Positions 14,401 to 28,020 of a stretch of 64,000 nucleotides of DNA are shown here, one piece after another. This stretch comes from Sphagnum compactum (lineage: Eukaryota): positions 23,612,213 to 23,676,212 of the forward strand of contig OZ234493.1 of the NCBI GenBank assembly GCA_965153455.1. The letters are read 5' to 3'. The notes under the pieces were generated by a model. It did not search any database. It was not told the origin of the DNA and saw only the letters and a list, made by a program, of their open reading frames with translations. Each line of letters begins with the position of its first letter. The stretch's first letter is position 1. The translations under genes and the position numbers were made by a program.

Positions 14401-15299
14401 TTTAATCTCAAAATCTCATTTTTAAAGTTGTAATGAAAATTGCATTGACCACAGAATTTGTTGCCCTTACCTATAACAAAGTGAATTGTTGAACTTGGCA
14501 TTCATCCAAATACTCTTGTATGTCCTAGTTCATCATGAAAGTGATCCACCTCTTAAAGAGTAATCTTGATTTCCTTTCCAACTCTAGGCTTGTTAAAAAT
14601 AAAAGTTTAAATATATATAAAATATTAAAATTGAATGCAATATATATATATAGGGCAATTAAAATATATGCATGTTAAAAAATTAGGTAATAGTAGGGCG
14701 AGGAAAAACAAATTTCCATCCCATAATCCCCCCCCCCCCCCAATCCTTGTTTGACACAAGTAGTCTAGAATTTTAACACTTAATGTCTCTCCAAGCTAGT
14801 TTGGGCATTGAATAGAAAGAAGATTGGTCAAAACCATTCATGTATAAAATTTCACAATAAGGCATAGTTGATTACATCATGGTATTTTAATTTACAACAA
14901 TGTCAACTACACATTTTCTAAAAACTATCGTAATCAACTCTGGAAATTGTTGTATTGTTGAAGAACAAGCAGAACACTATATTTTGGTAGTAAAGAAGAC
15001 AAGAAAAGTAGTCTACTAAAACTTCAGACTCCTATTTTTGACAAAAATTTGAAAATTTATATTTATGACCACATTATGAAAACATTAAGACATTTATTAA
15101 GTTTATGATAAGTTGAATTAAAAGTTTGAAGAACTTTTCCACAATAAAAGTAACTGAGAAGTATCTTTGAACATGACCCGTTAACAATTGGCAACTTTGT
15201 TCTTCAAATATTTTTTGATCGAACTTTCATAGATTATGGCTACAATATGCAAAAGTTCAAATTGCATTAGTAATGCAAATTGAAAGCAGAAAAAATTGA

Positions 15300-16010
15300 A
15301 GTCCTACTTTCATTTTCTTGAAAAGTCATTCAAAACTTACTAACACAAATCCATACATCTATTTGCATGTAAGAAAATTTACTTGAAACATATCAAATGT
15401 GTTGCCCTTCAATGTCATTATGATGAATTGAAAGAACATTATATTCCTCATTGGGATAAATGATATTTACAAGTTTAATATATGAAGGCCTACCTTACAA
15501 TTTTACTCAAATTATCCTTACTAGGTAATATAATTATCTACTTTATCATGCTTGCACCCATTGATGACAAAACAATAATATTTTACACACATTAGAAGGA
15601 TGTCCATTATTCTAACATTCTAATTCTTTAAAGTATTTCTTCCTAAAGATCAAATTTTTGCACTTCAATTGGAAACAAATGCAAGGAATGTTGAATGCAT
15701 TGAATCTTGGGTCAACAATAATAGATTCAACTAGATGCAACATGTTGTAATCGGGCATTGTATTCTTTAAAAAAATATTGATTTGAAAGTTGGTGTTGCA
15801 AATGGAACTACTAGACTTGTAACAAAATTCGAATTTGATTTTGAAAATAATATTTGTAATATTTTTGTTGTCATCAATCAATTAAGATATGTATTACAAA
15901 TATTTGAAAGAAAACATTACAAAAAAAAAGATTTTCAGGACATTTATATAAGGCATCGTTCCTCTTTATACTATATGATCCAAAGTGGTTGTACACATTC
16001 ATGAAGCTTT
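15300..16010 (+). pseudogene. Possible PIF1-like helicase (Helitron) remnant
   Basis: 'NIDLKVGVANGTTRLVTK' at about 15775-15830 resembles the PIF1 'N.....GL.NGT' motif; the rest is heavily degraded and boundaries are approximate. Confidence 0.4.
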
Positions 16011-17347
16011 TGCATGATGATTGGTGTATGTAATGTTTTCAAGACTAACAAATTAAAAAGCGTTTGAAGATTGATAACAATATGCTACTATAAAACATAT
16101 AATCTATGATAAATCTTTTCTTCCAAAGTCCGCGCTTGACAACAAATTATGTTTTTTTAAAACAAAATAATGTGAATATTCAAAATGTTTTATTGAAGTT
16201 GTTAAGGTATGATATGTTGCAAAATTTCTAATCAATCAATTACAAACATAATTGCATGCACCCTCTCCCCATTGGCTGAGCAGAATTTGCACTCCTAAAC
16301 ATGTTCATTCCTCACCATTTTCAACCTGGGCTACTGAATATAAACAGGTCTATGGGTTAATATTGATCACCATTCAAGTTCTATATTCACTTCTAAAAGT
16401 ACTGATATGCAGTGAGAGTAGTGCCACATGATAAGCTGGTTTCAAAGTCTCTTGAGGTAGAGATGCTCCATTCAGCTTTCTAGCTAAACTCTGTGAAGGA
16501 ATTTATCCTTTCAGGAGACCTGGCAAAAATTGAAGGAACAATAGAGTCGTTCTATGCGGCTTTGTTTCACCCAACTCACCTCCAACTAGAGCGTACAATC
16601 ACATTAATGTCTAAAGAAATGGGATTACTCTGGATGCACAAAATTGGCAACCAGATTCTGCAGTGCTTTCAGCTCTTTTGAAATACCCTGGGATCATTGC
16701 AGCAATGCATGTGGGTACAGTACCCTCTGACTCTTGCAAAATGCATATATTATTAACACTTCCACAACACTCTCATACAAAGAAACTCAGCTGTGGAAAG
16801 ATCCCCCTTACTCTGACAAGACCTCCCAAAAAAAAAAAAAAAAAAACCAAATAATTTGTGCACCTCTGACTCTGAAAAACTGTCCATGAATTAGTTTCAA
16901 AGAGTTGGTAAAAGTTCTAGAAAGCTGGAGAGGATCAATCATCAGTGCCAACCAAAAAAAAAAAATCCTATGACATATATCACAACCTTGGTAGTATCCT
17001 AGAAACAGGGAGAGAGAGAGATGATGCCTACCAGACAATGCAGGCAAAAGTAAGAGCCACTTCTCTGAAGTGGGCTGGGGAGGCTCTGGATCCACCAGAT
17101 CATGTCCCACTTCAGGCACTACCATCTTCATGAGTGTGGGCTCTACAGACATACACACCCATTAATCCTGTGGTCGTACCATCTCTCAACTATTCTAGAA
17201 ACTCTGCCAAGAGCAGCCATGGATTCCACTTCATCAGATCCTGCCCTAAACTTTCCAGTATCCAGGTGCAACAAGTAAAAAAGACAACACTTAGATACAA
17301 CCCACATGCTACACAACCCATTATGATTATGTGATAACATTTCATCA

Positions 17348-20300
17348 TCAACACCAAGCAGAGACACCCATCAATCCCACGTTGTACCATCCAGCCACCA
17401 GGTAGCCATGCTCAGAGTTGAGAGTGAAACCACTATGGAAATAGAGGCTGAGAAGCAGGTGAGCTTGACTGAAAGCACAAGTGCTGATCTGAACACCCCT
17501 GAATCCTGCAGCTTCCATCCGCCGGGACCAGTTCAACATGCTCTCATGCCGCTCTACACGAGCAGATCCCTCACAAGCAATGATGTTGCGGATCTTTTGG
17601 CCCGAGAAGATCTGCTCAATCTTGAGGAGAGCCAGTGAATTGTGTTGCAGTGATGTGTCAAAGGCATCAAAGATGGCAGAGTAGTAGCGCAGGCACTCGA
17701 CAAAGCGGTGGAGGAATACAGGACTGTTGTGGTCACCATCATTCTCAGCTAGAGCAACCACACGTGGGTTCAGTGATCGGAGATCGCATAGGAATTGCTG
17801 GAACTTCTCATCACCCTTGATCAGGAGTCGATGCAGCTGAATGAATGTGTTGATGACCAACACCTCGCCCTCATGGAGCTGCACCATCCCAACATGGAAA
17901 TTCACGAGCCTCTCCACAATGGGGCAGAATTCAAATGGCACTTGGAGCTTGGTGGCATACTCTTGAAGCTTTTCCCTTGCCACTTCCAAGTCATTGAAGC
18001 TTGCACCTATGGCTGTCATACGCACCCTAGGTGGCCCCCCTGGCCTAAGTGCCAAAGCCTGAACAACACACGTCTTCCATGTGAGCTCAAGCCAATAGCT
18101 AATAGGTCCATGAACCTTGGCTATCTTGGAAGTACTCATGGATACAAACACCACTTGCTGCATGTCACAAAATCTGTTACCTTACACAAAATCTGAATCT
18201 CCCAGCACCCACATGCTTCCAATATAGCCAAATCCAATACCAGGCAAGATATGAGACACGTTCTGTGTCATCTGCAAGAATCCTACTAAGGTTGAATGTG
18301 GGCACACAACACTTCTGGAGCTGAAAAGTTTGCTATCTGCATGGATCCACAATCCTCCTCACCTTAAGTGGAAAGAGTTTCAGTGTTCTCTCCAACATTT
18401 ACAAACTTCACTATGAATGAAAAGCCACCATCAAGACACAACCTACAGTCCATGACACTGGGGTAATTCCTAGGTCAACCAATCATCCCAAGTGCACAAA
18501 ACAATTCAGCTACTGAGTTGTTTTGATGAACATTTGCATGAATACGCTTCAATCCCAGTGAGAAGGAAGCTAGGGATACCACTTTCCTTTCTGGATTTGC
18601 AGGCCCAATGCTTTCTGATCAGCCTTTGCAAATGAGGGCAAAAACCCTACATATGGTACAGAGACATTTAAGCTCTCATGTCTGCCTGCAGGTCTTCTTT
18701 TCCTACTTAGAATGCAGTATATACTCCAAAAAATATGTCTGATGCAGTCAAGAAGTTCAGCAATCCTTGAATTTCTGGCTGCCAAAAATTAGCTATGGTA
18801 ACAGCCTGCTTGATTCGAATGCAGTTCATCATCTCATGTCTTGTCTTGTGACCATTTGAGAAACCCTTTTGTTGCAGACAAGAATTTTCATGCTGAAGGC
18901 CTTGTTTACAGATGAACCAAATGGGAAAAAAAGCAAGAACAAAACTTGAAGAGTAAGGGCAAGAGTTAAGTCCTGGATTCATGAAGAGGAAGCTCATGTT
19001 AAGCGCTGGAAGAGGAAGATCATCAACAATCAGAGCAAGAATGGTGCAAGATGTGGGAAGAGAGAGAGACAGAGAGAGATGCACCAACTGGTTGAATCCA
19101 TGAGTAATCGGAGGTTTACTTAATGTGTAAATTTCTTTTACCTGAAGAAAAGCAGGCCATTGCATTCCATGCCAGATATCGAGATCCAGAACATGAATGC
19201 AGTTTTCTCGCTCCACAGCGTCCAGCAAGATCTGGTTGCACGTCAAGTGCGCGAATTTGCCCAGGGGAGTGCTCTCGTACAGGACGCTGTAAGCTTCCAA
19301 CATGTCGGAGACGGGTACTGAAATGTCGCCTGCCAGGCCTCGGTAGGGACCGGAATCGGTGGCCTTCATGACTCGTGCCGCCAAAGCGTCCATGAAAACG
19401 GCGGCCAGGCGTTGCATTGTGTTTCCTCGCTGAACTACCAAGGAACTGAGACGCACCAATATCACGTGGGCAAGACTGACTTGTTCGTTCGCCACAGCTT
19501 CCGCACAAGCCAGCAGCAAATGCACCAGTTGCAGACCTGTTGCACCCATTGAAGAAGGACTTTGTTCTGGGATCATCCCCCTGCCGGAATCTGCATTTCC
19601 GTCCTCTTCTTCAAGCCCACAGTTCTGCTGCTGCTGCTGCTGCTGCTGTTGGAGGATCGTCATACTATTATGATTCTGTGCACCACCACCACCACTGCTG
19701 CTTGCGTTCCAGTTTGCACAAAGCCATCCATTGCTCCCGTCCGGCACCATCCACGACCCATTTTGCTGAAGCGCCGTCGGCTCCTGATGCACAACAGTCC
19801 CCGGATGGTACAAATCTGATTCTCGCCCCTGAAATCCAACACCACCCATGTGATCGTTCGTCCAAGAGGAGTGAGGAGGAGGAGGAGGAGGAGTGTCATG
19901 GTCGAAGTGTTGAGATGGAGTGTCAAAACCGACGGTCAAATGCTCCAAGCCGCTTGCTTGCTGCTGCTGCATGGTCCTCAACAGTCCGTCAAGGCCGTCA
20001 GGTGAACTCGCTTGCTGGATCGAATCTCCGAAAATGGGTTCGCGATCGCTTCTGATTAGTGCGGCGGGTGTAAAAGGTGAAATCGCCCGGAGAAGCTCGA
20101 AAGGAGAGCCGGAGCCTTGTGTCAAAGCTCCAGGAGACGGAGAGCCGCCGCCCCCTTGGGACGAGGAGTAAGCATAATGATGCAGGGGATGAGGATCCTG
20201 GACCGCCACCACCTTAGTACTCTTGTTGCCGAGAAGCATCATGGCATTCTCGCTAGTACTGCCGCAGTTGTTGTCAAAGGATGACTGGGAAGACAGAGTG

Positions 20301-20491
20301 AAAGGATAACGGGACTCCCTGTAGAAAGACTCTTCTCGCATGCTGCTCATGCAGTTGTTCTGCACCAAACAGTCTGCTGCTGTGCCTGTGGCATGATGAG
20401 CACTAGTAGTGTGTATATTATGATGCTGCAATCCGAAAATGGAGGCCAGTTCTCCATCGGCAGCTGTGCTGCTTCTTGCTAAAGTCGCCAT
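17348..20491 (-). CDS. GRAS-family transcription factor, two exons: join(complement(19142..20491),complement(17348..18058)), about 686 aa; RAM1/SCR-like or bryophyte-specific clade
   Basis: ATG in ACCATGG context at 20491. Low-complexity N-terminus (poly-Q, poly-P, G-rich). LHRI 'GLQLVHLLLACAEAVA', 'MQRLAAVF', VHIID-like 'IHVLDLDIWHGMQWPAFLQ'; splicing restores 'QWPAFLQ|ALALRPGGPPRVRMTAIG'. PFYRE-region 'FLHRFVECLRYYSAIFD', SAW-region 'IRNIIACEG..RVERHE..W..RM..AGF' and terminal 'SAWC'. Stop TGA followed by two more TGA. Confidence 0.95.
18059..19141 (-). other. Phase-0 GT-AG intron (1083 bp) of the GRAS gene
   Basis: Minus-strand donor CAG|GTAAAA at 19141 and acceptor TGTTGTTCAG|GCT at 18059; joining keeps the frame and rebuilds a conserved GRAS motif. 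Confidence 0.9.
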
Positions 20492-21260
20492 GGTCGCTCA
20501 CCAGATTACTATTTACAAAACAAAACCGCACTTCACAACACTTCTTTACACAATTTCATAGCAGCAAAGTTCTCTCTCTGATCTCCACCAAACTTTTGAA
20601 CGATTGCGGATTTGCAGCTACCACCCACCAAGCAAAAGAAAAAGAAAAAAACAAACAACAGCAGCAGCAGCAGCAGCGCTCTAACATCTACGTAACATGT
20701 ATCAATGGTCGCTTTCTCCCAATTCCATCGTGCATCTGAAGACTGAGTCTTGCAACCCCTCACTCTTCTTTCAAGCAACCACCGCTGCTCCCCCCCGATT
20801 GATTTTCTGACTACTACAAACAGCAACAAGAAGGCTTCCTATCAAGACCTCGCTGTCGACAAAACGCTTGCAAACAATCTAGTGTCAAAATCCTCGAGCC
20901 ACAGTTTTCAAGTGCAATATTCGACTAGTAGACTTCCTCTGCAGCAACCCACAAAAGCTTCTACTAATTGGACTACACAACTGAGAGCTTGAAGAACCGA
21001 ACACCACGACCATAATCATAACTTCTTTTCCTTCTTCTGCTTCTGTTGCACAAACCCAAATCCACCAACAATCAAACAAAAGAGACACGGTACACTTGCA
21101 AACAGAAAAAAACTACTCTAGACTTGCATCTTCTTCTTCAAACTCTATTCGCCCGCCCCCAAAAAAAATCAGAACTAAAAACATACTCTGACATCTCCGA
21201 CACATCTCTCTCCCTCTCTCTCTCTCCACTCTTGTACGCGAAGGTGAAAACTTCCTTTCA
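20492..21260 (-). promoter_or_regulatory. Probable 5' leader / proximal promoter of the GRAS gene with GA-rich tract and (CTG)n run
   Basis: Non-TE-like sequence directly upstream of the ATG; (GA)n tract on the minus strand at about 21205-21227; CAG/CTG run at about 20659-20677. TSS cannot be determined. Confidence 0.45.
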
Positions 21261-21403
21261 GTACTTTGAGGGTGCAAAACATGGTCCCTTAAATCGAGGA
21301 AGTGTACTAGAGAGCGGGCAGGGTTTGAGACACTTCCAAGCTCCCAGCTAGTTAGCGTTAAGCCCTGTTTACACAGAGGCCATTTGAGATCATTACGGCC
21401 ATA

Positions 21404-21546
21404 GCTTGTTAGGGGCTGTTTAGCGTCTCTGGCTTGGTAATCTAGAAGCTGGAGTCGGCCAAATCCTGCCTGAAGCTGGTTAGGGGGTTGTTTAGCATCT
21501 CACTTGGTGATTTAGGAGCCGGAATTCGCCAAACGCTGCCTGAAGC
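21404..21546. repeat. Diverged 71-bp tandem duplication about 0.9 kb upstream of the GRAS ATG
   Basis: Two units gct(t/g)gttagggg..tttagc.tct..cttggt.at.tag.agc.gga.t..gccaaa..ctgcctgaagc starting at 21404 and 21475. Confidence 0.85.
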
Positions 21547-23714
21547 CACAGCTCGGGTGTGAGCTAGGAGTCAGAATCGGCCCAGGCCAATTGGCTCCTT
21601 GGTGTTTAACAATTCCAATTCTACTGAAGCGACACCCCTGCTGAACAGTTGATTCAACATGAGAATTAGACAAGCAGTGGTTGATTCCAGTGTTGGTCGG
21701 GTATAGGTTTTCTGTTCAGGTCCAAGTACCTGGCCCGCTGAGTCTAGGTGGGTGAGGACCCACTACAAGACCCGCCCAGTAGGCGGAAAAATCTGACCCA
21801 GCCCCAACCTAGGAAAACTTATTAGACCTGGCAGAAGACCCAGCCTGGTGGATCTTAGTGTGTTTTTGCTTGGGGTTGGGTTTTAGATGTAGGGTGTAGG
21901 CTATGGTATAGGTTTGGGGGTTAAGGTTTTGGGGACCTGACTGCACTTTGTTTGTTTTGATCTTTATTTTATTTTCCTAGGACTACCATTAGTGGGTAGT
22001 TTGTGGAAGATATCAATTGTAACAAGTCACTCTGCCCCTTAGAATGGCAAGTTCAAACTCAAATTTGAAACATGAAAAGGTTTCTTGAAGCTCTCCAAAA
22101 ATGAACTCCAACACTTATGGTAGGAAGTGTGTTGTGAAGTTCCCAAAACATGAACTCACAATTGGTAAAATTGGAAATGTTTGTTGCAGCTCCCTGAAAA
22201 TGAACTTACAATGGCCTCCATGGCTCACAATGTGGGGCCAAATGTTCTCAGAATTCACACAGTTCACAGAAACACCCAGTGAACATACTTAAAAGGTGGG
22301 ACCGGATAAAAACTAAGTTCCAAAATTTGAACACATGGTTAACGAGAGCACCCTTGACCATTCCTCAAAACGTCGGACCAAAGAAAAACATCATTCTCTA
22401 GTCTTCTCTTTTATAAGGGGAGCCAATAAAGACCCTTTTTTTGCAATGAAAGAAACTTACACAAAGATGAGCTAAATATAAGTAATCAGGGTCGAAACTG
22501 TGAACCCAAAATCGACAACCTGATATTGCTTAGAACCACTAACCTTAGAATTGGTAGTCCAAAATATTGAACTTAACCTCAAAAATAAAAGGTTTTTTAA
22601 AACATTCCCTAAACTTGGAACTGCTGAATCGTCCATTTTATAGAATACATGAGATCTGGACCCCACAATTCTTTTTAAAAACCTCAACCCAACCCACACT
22701 GATGATTCTAACAATTGTCAATGTCATGGGTATTGGGTCTTTACCCTCTTCATGAATGAACATTTTGTGGACTTGGGATCCTTGTTCATTCTTTTTTTTT
22801 AAAATCTCTTCCCTTGACCCTCCTCCTGGTTGCAAAATCCCTGGGCGAGTATCAATACACATTCCAAGGGAAAACACCTGCAAGAAAATATCCATTCTTG
22901 TGCAGTTCATCCCCTTACTTGGCCGAGTTGTCCAAAGGAAAAAAAAAAGTCGAACCAAATTCCCCATGTAGGAGAAAAATTGGAACCATGTTTTGCCAAA
23001 GGGAGCTTGGTTACACTTTTTAAGGAAGTTACAATGCTTTAGAATTTTGGAAAGTTTTCACAATGAATAAATGTTTTATTCCCTTTTTCAAATTTTCATC
23101 CATTGTACCATTATTTTCAAAAAGTTCTTTCTTCAATTTTTAGTGCATTGAGAGTGCTGGTTACCTCAAGTTGTCCCAGCCACTTGAGTTGATCTCAAGA
23201 TCATACAGTTACTTAGGAAAGCAATTTTTTTACTCCAGACCTTCTACTTTCAGCAAGGCATTAATCTTTTCCAAACCAAGGAAAGGTTTAGCCCAAGTTA
23301 CCATAGATACCATGGATATCAAAAGGGTCATACTTTTATGGCACCCCTTGCCTGGGGGAATATTCCAGTTTCCGATGGTTCTTTGAAATCTTAAAGAACC
23401 TCCAGTGCCAGTTCTTTAAGTATTTCAAAATATTTAAATGTAATCAGCCATTTAACATACCAGAATAGAATGTTTAGTACCACTGTATGTCCTTGCAAAA
23501 AGAGCCCCACACATAAAGAGAGAGTTAAATCATACCACATGCTTGTGAGTCTGGGTTGGAGCCACAAACAGAGTGTTTTTCAAAGAAAACAAGCAGCTTA
23601 TGCCATAATGGTTTCGCCCCTTATGGTAACTTCAAAGTTCAAACTAGCAACACTTCAAATAGGAAATGTTTCATGAGTTTGCAAAAAAAAAAAAGAAGGA
23701 GCTCATAATCACAA

Positions 23715-23971
23715 TACCTTACCCTAAGGTCAGTTTCATCATTAAATAATACTCAAAATAGTGAGATGGATTTTTATGAAAATATGAGGTGACATGTTGA
23801 AAATCATCATAATTATCATAGGCTACACTTTGAATAGTTTCGTTACTCATGTGAAAATATCATAGTAGATCATGGAAAATTCAATAATTTCAAAATTTAC
23901 AACCAAATTAAATTTTTGAAAAACATAATTATTCGTTTTGTCAATGTGGAAACTGACCTTAGGCTATGGTA
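23715..23971. mobile_element. MITE with about 29-bp TIR
   Basis: taccttaccctaaggtcagtttcatcatt vs reverse complement of right end taccatagcctaaggtcagtttccacatt; outer TA on both sides (Tc1/mariner-like TA TSD, or Harbinger-like if the TIR starts at GGTCAG). Confidence 0.75.
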
Positions 23972-26329
23972 ACATTTCTCCAAATGTGGGACTAAATAAG
24001 CTCTTCGTTGTTCTCTAGTCTTTTCCTGATGGGCAGATGTAAGTGACCATGAAACGAATTCCTTTGCGGATGCACACATTGCATACCTGTAAGTTTTGTA
24101 ACAGGACATTTTGGATGCTACATCCTAAAGAAAGCACAAAGGGGGGCTGCTCTTTGGAGGTATATTAAAGGGAGGGACACCCATGTGGGACAACAACCTC
24201 TCCTCATATCTAGCATTACTCAGAGGAGGGCAGACTAAAAATATATCTTAGTTTTATAAGACAAAATGGGCAGCCCATGTGAAGAGCTTAAATTGCAAAG
24301 TAGAAGAATCTATGCATTGAACTATGGGTGGGGATTTTAGTGCCACAAAAAATTAAGGCCACTTGAAAGGCTTGGCAACAAATTTATGCATAGAAGAGTA
24401 GGAGTGGCACCAGATCATCTACTTTTCAACAAGGTTTGGATAATCTGTTTTGGCTCTTGAATAGCTTTTGAAAAATGTTTCAAAAGGAATGCACCTTTGA
24501 TAATGAAAGATCCAATATGCAATTTGCCCAATCCAAAATTCATAAATTTTTATGTTTCAACATAGTTGGATGCAAAAGGAACAAGGATTGTGAAGGGGGA
24601 AAATTCTTTTTCTACCCGTGGAATTCATTAAATCAAAATATGGTGTTTTTAATTTCATCCATGATTACAAACCTTCAAAACCTTACCAACAAAAGGACTA
24701 TGTAATCGATTTAGACTTTGCTTATGTCATTTAGTCATAGTCATGATTGTAATCATTTATACCATTTCAGACCTTTTTTATGACTATAGTCATTGATGAA
24801 TGGTCATGATTTTGAAAGGTCATGCTATCATCATCATAAACATACCAGGTTTCATAGGTTTATACAATTTCATGTGAAATCCAATTTTCATAGGTTTGTA
24901 CAAAAATTGCACATGAATTCCATGCTATGGTTAATATGAACAATATTTGTGTAGATGTTCAATATTTTGAATATTCAAACACATGAAATATTGTTTTTGA
25001 ATGACATACGTGAATGTTTATGTTTAATACACAAAAATTGCATAGTTCAATGAAAAATTAATTACATCATGATAATTGCACAAATTTAATTAAATTATAA
25101 ATCATATATACTTCACATCTAGAAATCATCATAAGTAGAAAAGACACATCATTTATAAAAAAGTAATATATACATTTTTCGTGCCATTTTTACCCTTTGA
25201 AACCCATGAATTTTTCATAAACATATTGTTTTATGATTTTTGCACATATTTTATTGAAATTTCACGACATTGGAAGTCTATGATGATGGTCATCAAATTT
25301 TGTAATACTAAATTCAACATTAATCATGGAAGATGCATCAAAGGGTTGAGATTTAATTTTTTAAATACAAAATATAAGTTTCTTAATTAAATTTTTATTG
25401 CCATGTGACAACCCAAGCAAAATTAAAAATTTATCATCCATTTATGAATTGCCAAATGACAACCTATTTCAAATTTAAAATTTTATTGACCACTTATGGG
25501 CTACCATATCACAACCAATCCTAGGTTACTTAAACTGAAAACAAACCTAGATTAAACTAAATAAGCTATATAAACAAAAAGTTTGAATAATCCATCGGTT
25601 GCAAGTGCGAAAACTTGAACCTTTTATTTTTATTTTGAAGGTTCAAGTCCTTAAACCTTTACACCACAACTTGTTATTTGTAATAGAATTAATTACTCAT
25701 CACAAAGATATAAACATTAACATATTTTAGCTAAGATTAACTTAAGCCACCTTAGGTTGACTTAAGTTGACTTAGGTTAACCTAAGTCACCCACCAGGTT
25801 TAACGAAGGCCTCCTTAGGCTATTGTAGATTAACCTAATATAACCTAAAACTATTTACATTAAACTAGGTTAAACTTAACTAAACCTAAAGACTAGACTT
25901 AAATTAAATTTAAAGGTCAAACCTAGGTTAATCTTGAAGGCTAAACCTAGGTTAAACTTAATTAGGCCCAATGTAAAAGTTATACCTAGATTAAACTTAA
26001 GCTAAATTTAAATTAAATATAACATCTTTGAAAAAAATTAATTACATAATTTTTTTTACTAATGATAAATCATAATGATGAACATATTGTTCTTAAATGC
26101 ATGCACCTTAGCAAAAAATTCTTTTCATATAAAATTTTCCTAGCCATTTGACATGTTCAAACTTCAATATGTTTTGTTATTTAATCAAACATTGATTTGA
26201 AGTCAAACTATGTGCTTTAATCACATAATTGTGAACCCCATGACATGACCTAGTCATGTAATCATAAGCATGATTAAGGATGTGAGTGCATGACTAAAGC
26301 TTAATTATATTCACAAAAATGTCCAAGTC

Positions 26330-27380
26330 TTGGATGTTGTCTTTTAGGACAATGATTATTTGGTTGCATCTCTTCCTTTTATGAAAGGTTTTACATGATA
26401 GGATTGGTGGACGAAGGGGTAATTAATGCCCAATTAGAATATTGGGAAAATATTCCTTGTTAGGTAACTAAATTGAATATTATGTTCATGTTTCAAATTT
26501 CCCTTGAAGAAGTTTAAATTGCCATTCTTGCCTGGTCTTGTGGCAAAACTCTTAGCCATGTGATGGGGTTGGCCATGGTTTTCCTAGAGAACTTAGAAGT
26601 TATTTGCCCTACCTTTCTAAATGCATTTTCCACCATGCGTGAGGAGGGCATAACCTTAAAATTGATCAACAAATGACTAATTACCCTAATGCCAAAATTG
26701 AGGGATTGAAAATTTGAAATTGGGAATTAGAGGTCCATTATTCTCTTGGGAAACATCTACAAGGTATTTTGAAAAATTGTTGGCCACAAGAATACAACTA
26801 TATATTATTTGCTTGAAAATTAATCCCAACCAAATATCATTTGTGATTGGGCGGTGCATTTTGGATAACAATTTATTAGCTAGCTTCCTCCACAATTAAA
26901 ATTAAAGGTGAGCATGGTCCTTCTTTCTCATGCAGTAAAACAAGGATGCCCCCTTGTTTCTTATCTTTTCATTCTTGCCATTAATGTCCTTGGTTATGTC
27001 CTAGAAAATCCTAGATAGAATATTTAAAGTTTAATTTTTCTAAATGGTGGGATTTTATGGGACCAATCATGTGTGGATGACATGGCTCTATACCTCTAGG
27101 GATTTGTAATTAACTTGGACTAAGTCAAAACTGCCTTATATTATTTTGCAAAGCTTTTGGGGGTAAAATAAATTGGGGTAAGTCAATAATAGTCTAAACT
27201 ACCAATCACCAAAAAGTTTGGGATTGGGGTCTAAGTGATGGGTTGCTTTGGCTCCTTGAAGGTAGAGTGGTCAAATATTTGGGTATCCAATTAAAGTTCC
27301 GCCTCCTTCATGAAGCTAATTCCGATTAGCTAATTGATATTTTCTTTGAAAGCCAAACTAATAGTTTGGGCTAGATGAAT
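26330..27380 (+). mobile_element. L1-type LINE reverse transcriptase remnant
   Basis: 'PNQISFVIGRCILDNNL', 'KQGCPLVSYLF' (about 26938), 'DQSCVDDMALYL' (27061, FADD-like), 'KINWGKS'; disrupted. Confidence 0.8.
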
Positions 27381-27924
27381 GAAAGCAGAATCAAGTATAC
27401 ATTTCGGGATTCTTATTAGCATAATGGATTTGGTAGTCATCACATAAGCCTTGAAGTATTAAATTTTAAAATGTTATTTATTTCAATGATTAATATGAAC
27501 ATATTTTGATTTATGATAATGATATTGAAGAACCATATGTTAAATATGCATTTCAATAGATTCTAAATAATACATGTCTCTGTGCAAATAGATGAAAAAA
27601 TGTTTCTATTTTCTTGATTAATGGAAGCCTAATAAATATTTATGTATTCTCAATTTTTTGAATTGAAAATACATAATATGTCAAACTTATACTGTAAAAA
27701 TAATTTTGAGCACCATATTCATTAGTAGTTTCAAAAATACTTCTTACATTTATTATGATATTAAAAAAATTCAAACTTTGGATACAACTTACTAAAACAT
27801 TCAACAAACAAACAAAGTTAATACATTCAACTAATCTTTTCACTTTCATTGAAAAGTTCAACCTTGGAGTGGATCGTTCCAAATAGGTTATTGAACATCT
27901 TTAATTTGGCATAATTCTAGGTCA

Positions 27925-28020
27925 CAAAAGGTGGTCACCTTCATCTGGCTCACCTTCAACAACAACCTCTTAGTGGGCACTTGGCTTGGTGCATGAGTAT
28001 TGATCCTTTACTTGCAACAC
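27925..28020 (+). mobile_element. LINE ORF2 C-terminal fragment related to the LINE at 62-64 kb
   Basis: 'KVVTFIWLTFNNNLLVGTWL' matches 'KVGTLIWLTLNRGLPVGTWL' in ORF 62505-63641. Confidence 0.7.

Noticed and set aside
18059-18163. N-terminus of ORF 17348-18163 as a separate gene
   Set aside because: The first 35 codons are intronic; the rest is exon 2 of the GRAS gene.
17408-20171. Plus-strand ORFs (e.g. 17795-18196, 19540-20055) overlapping the GRAS gene
   Set aside because: Antisense shadows of GC-rich coding sequence, with no recognisable motifs.
25720-26010. AACCTAGGTT-rich palindromic repeats
   Set aside because: Low-complexity TE-internal sequence with no defined boundaries.
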